From Candidatus Multivoradales bacterium (GTDB lineage: Bacteria > Acidobacteriota > Thermoanaerobaculia > Multivoradales > Multivoraceae), in NCBI GenBank assembly GCA_965223325.1, contig CBDCWI010000002.1:1216001-1280000 (forward strand): DNA of 64,000 nucleotides, given 5' to 3'. The translations under genes were made by a program, and so were the position numbers. Numbering within the stretch: position 1 is the first letter of the stretch; the number at the start of each line of letters is the position of its first letter. The notes beneath the pieces were generated by a model that saw only the letters and a list, made by a program, of their open reading frames with translations, was not told where the DNA came from and did not search any database. This document shows positions 58,501 through 64,000 of the stretch, piece after piece.

Positions 58501-59778
58501 ATGTTGCCGCTTCTGCTGGCTGTCCTGGCAGGTGCCGGCCTCGAGAGAACTCGCGAACCGTGGGTGGAACCGCTCTACACCGCTGGCTTCGCGGCAACCG
58601 CTCTGATGCTGACCGCGTTGGCGCTGACACCGGCGCTCCTGGCTCTTCGTCGCGCCGCGATCTCGAAAGCGAGGACCAGTAGAGGCGCCCGCTCAGAAGA
58701 ATGGCAGAAACTGACCTCGCCGCCGCCCTGGCGCGAGCCGGCCCTCGGCAAGGCGGGCGACGGCGGCGCTCCGGAGATCGAAGTCCGGCACCTGACCCGG
58801 GTGTACCGACCGCCGACAGTCAGACTGCATCGCAAGATCAGCGATGGCCGGCCGCCCGACCCGCGCCAGGCGCGCGAGGGTTTCAGGGCGCTCTATGACC
58901 TGAACTTCGAACTCGGTCCCGGCATCGTGGGCCTGCTTGGTCCCAACGGAGCCGGCAAGACGACTCTTCTCCACCTCCTGTGCGGCCTGGCACATCCAGA
59001 CCGTGGTCGCTTGATGTACCGCGGCGTGACCGTCACACCGCTCAACCTGACCGCCTATCGCCGACGCATCGGCTACCTTCCCCAAACGTTCAACGCACCT
59101 GCCCGGGTTTCGGTTGAGCGCTTTCTCGACTATCAGGCGCTCGAACTCGGCATTCACGATCGGAGCGAGCGCCGGCGGATCATCGACGGGTTACTCGAGC
59201 GGGTCGAGCTCGAACAGGCGCGCACCACCGAGGTCCGAGAGCTGTCCGGTGGTATGCGAAGGCGTGCTGGCGTAGCGCGAGCACTGATCGGTGACCCTGG
59301 TGTTCTGATCGTCGATGAACCGACCACCGGGCTCGACGTCGACTCGCGTCGCAAGTTGCGCCAGACCCTGCTCGAGGTCGCCGACCAGCGCATCGTCTTC
59401 TTCTCGACCCACATCGCCAGTGACATTCAAGCCGCCGCGGTTCGCATTCTGGTTCTTGGGGCTGGTCGACTGCTCTTCGACGGTTCGGCTGAAGAGCTCA
59501 AGCGACGCGCCGGGAGCCGGGTAGCCGTTGCCACGACTGACGACGTCGCGCTGCGTGCTCTCCTCACCGAATACCGCGTGACAACCCGGGTGCGCACGGC
59601 CGACGGAGTGAAAGTGCGCTTCGTGCTCGCACCAGGCCAACCGCTGCCTCCCGGCGCGGTTGCCGAGAAGCCGACTCTCGAGGAGGCCTGCGTCGCCCTC
59701 ATGGCGGAGCAACTAGACGGTGCGTTAGAGCTCGAGCCCGAGCGCGCCACCTCGGTCTTGTGGCCTTCGGCCAGCTAG
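55558..59778 (+). CDS. Degenerate RND permease fused to a C-terminal ABC ATPase
   Basis: RND-like two-repeat topology over about 1070 aa, then GPNGAGKT, LSGGM, VDEPT and STH in the same frame. Confidence 0.8.
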   Translation: MRQTNRKPAGQNRSLSAILILLSLWIIGGVAATELQPSWLPTAGGGDLRINLTLRNALPVEVVTERFVVPIEAATRAAGGIQEAVGRVSTHGADLQLRLAPAPATGIPRSTTTAGERKLARLETELLPLRETLPEGARLEVSAGSRTRSFALALWIDDDEAAITSHRDRLRALPEVRHVDLAGVGNTRVEITPRPESNDPESRRAIETAANHVARSVDLGTYRTETGQEIPLRTGSPASRNQTLGETVIAAGGTAPPMRLDAIADLAINRRAADFRVRADGEAGRALLIHGQDGGTQRDAAGGPLALRRALDRYRATHDLLENSRILFDDGGPLRDFLGRGLTALVVLALVLLVAGWSSLGPRAGLWWASSLPTAMALVATAARLLDFELTIVTMPTILVGLLAGPLAHSLLMMARSDEGGRGSRWLWFFAASSLSLVAIRWLGGPLAPILEGPARVFWTTTTLAALGGTGTGLFARRAATRGGQRPKLRPTAQRFARTILRLNLRHAPAVVAVTLLPVWFAVGWLLPTLTPRPTSLAPPSDDLVIEVMPPHGYTVSETEQLVANIEAHLQAKFKQRPPGGTPENDGATWWSWLGASQARILIDLHEDLGRGELERRALRLESELAVLPAIIEVKSLTDGAAASAPAVRFSGSLASEAETDDDAFSYRVLLSATRLEALRRAERLITRGLSTRGIPPRSIHTAWSTPETIVRLEPITAGGLGASEAAALDLLAERSRPPVSRPLAGQRDIEWTLRRPGTPTHVDPEQLPPPELETLRRPEVTTLGPIAPLDAFRLRRTLREPMVLRENGRYVLPVDIALSGSESKRRALQRDTHRWLGQRAGSLGVHIERPRMGRWERALEHQRLLSLLLFLPVLALVLAGIRLDSSTLALFSGAALAVAISVAILALRAGSGQASAMSLFALATGISLSLPMLLEHLARGADASRVHQPYGWRGDLRVSGFSIAALRRLLQNIVPFACVAMLPLLLAVLAGAGLERTREPWVEPLYTAGFAATALMLTALALTPALLALRRAAISKARTSRGARSEEWQKLTSPPPWREPALGKAGDGGAPEIEVRHLTRVYRPPTVRLHRKISDGRPPDPRQAREGFRALYDLNFELGPGIVGLLGPNGAGKTTLLHLLCGLAHPDRGRLMYRGVTVTPLNLTAYRRRIGYLPQTFNAPARVSVERFLDYQALELGIHDRSERRRIIDGLLERVELEQARTTEVRELSGGMRRRAGVARALIGDPGVLIVDEPTTGLDVDSRRKLRQTLLEVADQRIVFFSTHIASDIQAAAVRILVLGAGRLLFDGSAEELKRRAGSRVAVATTDDVALRALLTEYRVTTRVRTADGVKVRFVLAPGQPLPPGAVAEKPTLEEACVALMAEQLDGALELEPERATSVLWPSAS

Positions 59779-59824
59779 CCGACCCCAGGAAAGGCTGAGG
59801 AGCATGAGCCGCCCTTGCCGCTTC

Positions 59825-60844
59825 TCAGCGCCCGAGGACGATGTCGGCAACTCGGCGGAGAGTCTCGGGATCGCGGGTGCCGACCAGCAGCGTGGTGACC
59901 AGGCTGTCGTCCCAGGCGGCAAGCCGATCGCGGATTCTCTCGGGCGAACCCACCAGTGAGATCTCGTCGGCGAACTCCGTCGGCACGAGGGCTGCCGCCT
60001 CTTGGCGGCGGCCCGACATGAAGGCGTCCATGATCTCTTCTGCGAGCTTGGGATAGCCCATGCGCGCGAAGAGTTCGCGATGGAAGTTGCGCTTCTTCGA
60101 GCCCATGCCACCAACGTAGAAACTCACCCGCTCCCGCACGCTCATGAGCGCCTTGTCGACGTCGTCCTCGAGGACGATGGGAACGCCGTAGAAGATCTCG
60201 AACCCCTTCTCCATTCCCACCAGCGAATCTCTATAGACCTCGGGTCGGTAAGGCGTGTAGTAGAGCGGGATCCAACCGTCGCAGAGCTCGACCGCCAACG
60301 CAACGTTCTTCGGCCCTTCGGCTCCGAGAATGATGGGCAGGTCGGCTCGCAATGGGTGCACGATGGGCTTGAGCGGTTTGCCCATTCCCCACGAGCCCTC
60401 GCCGGTGTAGGGCAGCGGGTAGTGCTCGCCGTGGTTCTTGACCGGCGCTTCGCGCCGCATGACCTGGCGAATGATCGAAACGTACTCGCGAGTGCGTGAG
60501 AGAGGCTTCGCGAACGGTTGCCCGTACCATCCCTCGACGACCTGCGGCCCCGAAACTCCCAGCCCGAGGATGACCCGGCCACCGCTCAGATGATCGAGCG
60601 TGAGGGCATGCATCGCGGTCGCCGTCGGTGTGCGCGCCGAGAGCTGCGCGATCCCAGTACCCAGGCGAATGCTGGAGGTCTGGGAACCGATCCACGAAAG
60701 TGGCGTGAAAACGTCGCTACCCCAGGCCTCGGCGGTGAAGACCGAAGTAAAGCCAAGCTCCTCCGCCACGACGGCAAGATCGACAAAACCGGGAGTCGGT
60801 CCAGCGTCCCAATAACCGAGGGCGAGTCCGAGTTCGAGTGCCAT
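59825..60844 (-). CDS. LLM-class F420-dependent oxidoreductase
   Basis: 'AEAWGSD', 'Q.SARTP', 'GLGVSGPQVVEGWYG', 'GAEGPKNV'. Confidence 0.88.
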   Translation of the reverse strand: MALELGLALGYWDAGPTPGFVDLAVVAEELGFTSVFTAEAWGSDVFTPLSWIGSQTSSIRLGTGIAQLSARTPTATAMHALTLDHLSGGRVILGLGVSGPQVVEGWYGQPFAKPLSRTREYVSIIRQVMRREAPVKNHGEHYPLPYTGEGSWGMGKPLKPIVHPLRADLPIILGAEGPKNVALAVELCDGWIPLYYTPYRPEVYRDSLVGMEKGFEIFYGVPIVLEDDVDKALMSVRERVSFYVGGMGSKKRNFHRELFARMGYPKLAEEIMDAFMSGRRQEAAALVPTEFADEISLVGSPERIRDRLAAWDDSLVTTLLVGTRDPETLRRVADIVLGR

Positions 60845-60928
60845 CGCCGCCAAGGTAGCACAGCGAGCGAGCCGGCAGGAGCACCTGGCGATGTGCGCCC
60901 TGGCGGGTGATGTGGGCGCGGTGTGCTC

Positions 60929-61210
60929 TCAGGCCTGCAGGACGCGCGGCCGAACCCAACCGAACTCGCGCAGCGCGAGTTCCTCGGCGACGTTGAGCAT
61001 CTGGCATGCCGCGCGCGCCGAGTCGTCGGGCGAAACGCCCATGGCAACCTGCTCGGCGCGCACACTGTCGATCATCACGTCGAGCTGATGAAAGAAGGCG
61101 TCGATCTTGAGCTCGCGCTCGTGACCGTCGTAGTACTCCTCGGCGGCCTCCTTGAGTTGCTGCAGCGTGTCGAGCATCGCAAGTTTCATTTCCTGGTCTG
61201 TACGGATCAT
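60929..61210 (-). CDS. Small acidic helical hypothetical protein
   Basis: SD GGAG, typical codon usage, fills the intergenic gap. Confidence 0.7.
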   Translation of the reverse strand: MIRTDQEMKLAMLDTLQQLKEAAEEYYDGHERELKIDAFFHQLDVMIDSVRAEQVAMGVSPDDSARAACQMLNVAEELALREFGWVRPRVLQA

Positions 61211-61273
61211 CAGCAACTCCTCCAATGGATTCGGAAACGCCCCGAGAGGGCAGACAGGCGGCCTGACGTTCGC

Positions 61274-62464
61274 TCAGTTCCCATAGTCGATCTTCTGGGT
61301 CAACGTCGCGCGGCCTCGGCCTTCGAAGAACACCCCGTCAATTGCGCCGCGCATGATGACTGGTCCCTCGAGCGAGAACTCACGGTCGCGACAGCCCGCG
61401 AGATAGGTCTCACCGCGCCCGCCCAACTTGATGCCGAAGCGCATGTCATCGAGAGCCATCTTGGCGACCAGCGAAGCTTCGTACTCGGCCACCTCACCAC
61501 CCTTGCGCTTGCTGTGGCCGCTGACTCTGGTCACCAACTCCTCGACCGAGATCGCCGGGTCGAGTGCCAGATCCCCAACCAGCTGCCTGGGCTCTTGCAG
61601 CGCGCTGTTGGCAGTGATCGCGGATCGCGAGAGCTCGGTACAGCCGTTCATGCCGTCGGCACTCAGGCCCGGCAGATCGGTGAGCACCAGGCGACGCTCA
61701 TTGTCGCTCGCCTCGCGGCCATTCTCATGTCGAACGTTGGCGTCCTCGCCGTCGAGCAAAAGCATGTAGGTACGCCCGCTGACCACGTGGCGCTCGATGC
61801 GCGGATCGCGGGTGCCGAAGTTCTCGGTACGACTCGAGTCCTGGTACTTGACCATCACCGCCTGTGGTAGACCGTTTTCGGTCGCCAGAATCTCGGCCCG
61901 CACCTCGTTGCTCTCGCGCACGACCAAGGGCACGTCCTTGACTTTGCCGGCCTTGTCGTTGGCGGTGATCGAAATCGTGAAGCTGGTGACCACCGTGAAC
62001 GTCTCACCCTCTTTCCAGGCGCGGCGCTTGAAGGCGACGTCACGCCGCGACGGCTTGGGATCGGCGGGAGGGTCGGCGCGCCGCTTGCGCTTGGGCTTGG
62101 CGTCAGGCTCACGGCGCTTCGGCGGTGGATCGGCGCGCGGCGCGATCTCCGGCTCGGAGGTCGGGATCAGTTCACGAAACTCCGCCGGTTCGGTAATCGC
62201 GCGCAGACGCGAACGCACCGGGCTGAGATCAGCCGTCGCCACCTGGTCGCCGGCCAGACGATCCGGCGCGGCGGCCGGCTCGGGAGCCACCAGCGCCGAC
62301 ACACCTGGGGGCAGCACCGGCTGCTCGTGGATCGGCATGCCGGCCGGCGGCAGATCGATACCATCGGGCGTCGCGGCCATCAGCAAGGAACCTCCGAGGA
62401 GCAAGCTCGAGAAGGCGGTGGCGAGAGAAGGAATCGGTCGTCGAATGAGCATCGTCGGGCGCAT
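61274..62464 (-). CDS. Secreted hypothetical protein (Pro-rich linker + beta-rich C-terminal domain)
   Basis: Signal-peptide-like N-terminus, Pro/Lys/Arg-rich linker, amphipathic beta strands. Confidence 0.7.
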   Translation of the reverse strand: MRPTMLIRRPIPSLATAFSSLLLGGSLLMAATPDGIDLPPAGMPIHEQPVLPPGVSALVAPEPAAAPDRLAGDQVATADLSPVRSRLRAITEPAEFRELIPTSEPEIAPRADPPPKRREPDAKPKRKRRADPPADPKPSRRDVAFKRRAWKEGETFTVVTSFTISITANDKAGKVKDVPLVVRESNEVRAEILATENGLPQAVMVKYQDSSRTENFGTRDPRIERHVVSGRTYMLLLDGEDANVRHENGREASDNERRLVLTDLPGLSADGMNGCTELSRSAITANSALQEPRQLVGDLALDPAISVEELVTRVSGHSKRKGGEVAEYEASLVAKMALDDMRFGIKLGGRGETYLAGCRDREFSLEGPVIMRGAIDGVFFEGRGRATLTQKIDYGN

Positions 62465-62736
62465 GGTCAGCGGGGTCTCGAAGGGGTTTTTCCGAGGGTC
62501 CAGTGGCGGGGGCCTCGCCAAGGACCAAGACGATTGTAACCACAAAAACTAGAAGTTCTTGGTTTTCGAAGAACAAATCCACCAATTTCTCGGGAATATC
62601 GGGCCAGGCTCCCGGCACGTCGGGTTCGATCTGCTCTCCGGAACAGCAACCTCGTGCCGTCTAACTCGCTCAGAACGAGGCACTTACCCCAGCGAGAGAC
62701 TCCAGGCGGGCTGGGCTTTGGCCGAAGACCGCGACT

Positions 62737-63999
62737 TCAGAGGCTCCGCGACAGGACGCGATCGCGGTACCACGCCCAGGAGGCCTTCGGCACCCGCCGG
62801 CCGGTGCCCGGCTCCTGCCAGATCAGCCCCCAGCGCTTGCTCAAGCCGTCGGCCCACTCGAAGCCATCGACCAGGGTGCGGACGAAGAATCCTCGCAGGT
62901 CGATGCCGCGCTCGAGCGCCTCGAGGGCAGCCTCCAGGTGTTGCTCCAGGTAGCGGATGCGCCGGTGATCGTCGATGGGTCCGAGCCGTGCGGCTTCGTC
63001 TTCCGCTCGGCCGTCCGTTGCCAGCCCACACGCCGTGACCACCACCGGGACGCCGTAGCGCTCGCTCACCCGAGCGAGAACTTCAGTCAACCCCTGTGGA
63101 GCGATCAGACGACCCAGGCCGTCGCAGCGCTCCTGGTGACCGGGGGGAACAACCGCCGCATCGAAGAGCGGCGCCCCGCGGCGGGCCTCGACCCGTAGGC
63201 GCGTCGAATAGCTGAGTCCAAGGAAGTCGAGCTCGGTGTCTTCGAGACGAGCCAGGTCACCTTCACCGACCGCTGGGCTCATGTGAGAAGCGATCGCCTC
63301 GGGGTAGGCACCAGAGAAGAAGGGGTCGGCGCCGGAGCGATGAAGGAAGCCGTCGAGCAATTCGGTGGCCTCTCGATCGGCCATCCCGTCCGTCGCTGGC
63401 TCGAGTGCGTTCCACTCCAACACAGTGCCGATCGAGAGCCCCGGCCGCAGAGCACGCAGCGCCTCGCAACCGTGCGCCGTCGCCAGGTTCTGGTGGTGAA
63501 GAACGGCCACGTAGGTCGAGCTCTCTCTCGTTCCCGGTGCGTGGTCGCCGAAGAGATGGCCGCGGGTCGCAAACACCCCTGGCTCATTGAACATCAGCCA
63601 GTTCCGAACGCGGTCTGCCAGCCGCCGACCGACGACTGCGGCGTAGTCGGCGTAGCGGAAGATGACATCGCGGTTGCCAAACCCACCACGGTCTTCGAGC
63701 GCCGCTGGCAGGTCCCAGTGAAACAGGCAAGCCCAGGGTTCGACTCCCGCTTCGAGCAACTCGTCAACTAGACGATCGTAGAAGTCGAGCCCGACGATGC
63801 TCACTTCGCCCGAACCGGCTGGCAAGACGCGCGGCCAGGAAATCGAAAAGCGGTAGGCGTCGAGCTGAGCCTCGGCGAGCCGAAAGACATCTTCCGCCCA
63901 GCGTCTGCGGTGATCGGTTGCGAAGTTACCGTTCTGTCCGTCGACGATCGTGCCGTCGAGAAAACAGAAGCGATCCCAGATCGAACGACCGCGACCATC
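62737..63999 (-). CDS. Glycoside hydrolase family 1 homologue, 5' end outside the window, catalytic nucleophile missing
   Basis: 'GRSIWD', 'YRFSISWPR', 'HWDLP', 'NEP', 'FEW..G..KR'; the TENG motif reads TACG. Confidence 0.9.
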   Translation of the reverse strand, partial: DGRGRSIWDRFCFLDGTIVDGQNGNFATDHRRRWAEDVFRLAEAQLDAYRFSISWPRVLPAGSGEVSIVGLDFYDRLVDELLEAGVEPWACLFHWDLPAALEDRGGFGNRDVIFRYADYAAVVGRRLADRVRNWLMFNEPGVFATRGHLFGDHAPGTRESSTYVAVLHHQNLATAHGCEALRALRPGLSIGTVLEWNALEPATDGMADREATELLDGFLHRSGADPFFSGAYPEAIASHMSPAVGEGDLARLEDTELDFLGLSYSTRLRVEARRGAPLFDAAVVPPGHQERCDGLGRLIAPQGLTEVLARVSERYGVPVVVTACGLATDGRAEDEAARLGPIDDHRRIRYLEQHLEAALEALERGIDLRGFFVRTLVDGFEWADGLSKRWGLIWQEPGTGRRVPKASWAWYRDRVLSRSL

Positions 64000-64000
64000 C

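Noticed and set aside
1-64000. CRISPR arrays, tRNA/rRNA, transposases, prophage or defence genes
   Set aside because: No regularly spaced repeats, cloverleaf motifs or diagnostic protein motifs seen by eye; short elements could have been missed

Overview
High-GC bacterial chromosomal DNA, gene-dense with about 47 CDS. The ADOP permease with PadR, exosortase H and a C-terminal 'F.DDFESG' motif suggest Acidobacteriota, possibly Thermoanaerobaculia-like (inference). Contents in order: an O2/NO module (cytochrome c, USP, FixL-FixJ, cytochrome c'-like lipoprotein, truncated haemoglobin); a secreted beta-helix protein, bactofilin-like protein, arylesterase, CRTAC1 protein and M23 peptidase; suhB and pyrR-pyrB-pyrC; an exosortase H pair and smc; lipid and envelope genes; an S9 peptidase; PadR-ADOP; a MarR-controlled desaturase/methyltransferase fusion; a CoA/flavin catabolic cluster; a 13 kb hybrid ABC/RND operon; an F420-type LLM; two orphans; and a GH1 homologue lacking its nucleophile. 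I saw no CRISPR array, rRNA, tRNA or transposase. Main signals: (1) an unannotated ~170 nt minus-strand RNA with a consensus sigma54 promoter, G-U-rich rod hairpin, anti-Shine-Dalgarno linker and intrinsic terminator (5616-5813); (2) a second sigma54-driven structured RNA candidate (14073-14189); (3) the ABC/RND operon, whose second RND subunit lacks proton-relay motifs and is fused to an intact ABC ATPase; (4) tandem NrdR-like boxes upstream of smc. All calls come from reading motifs by eye, with no database searches.
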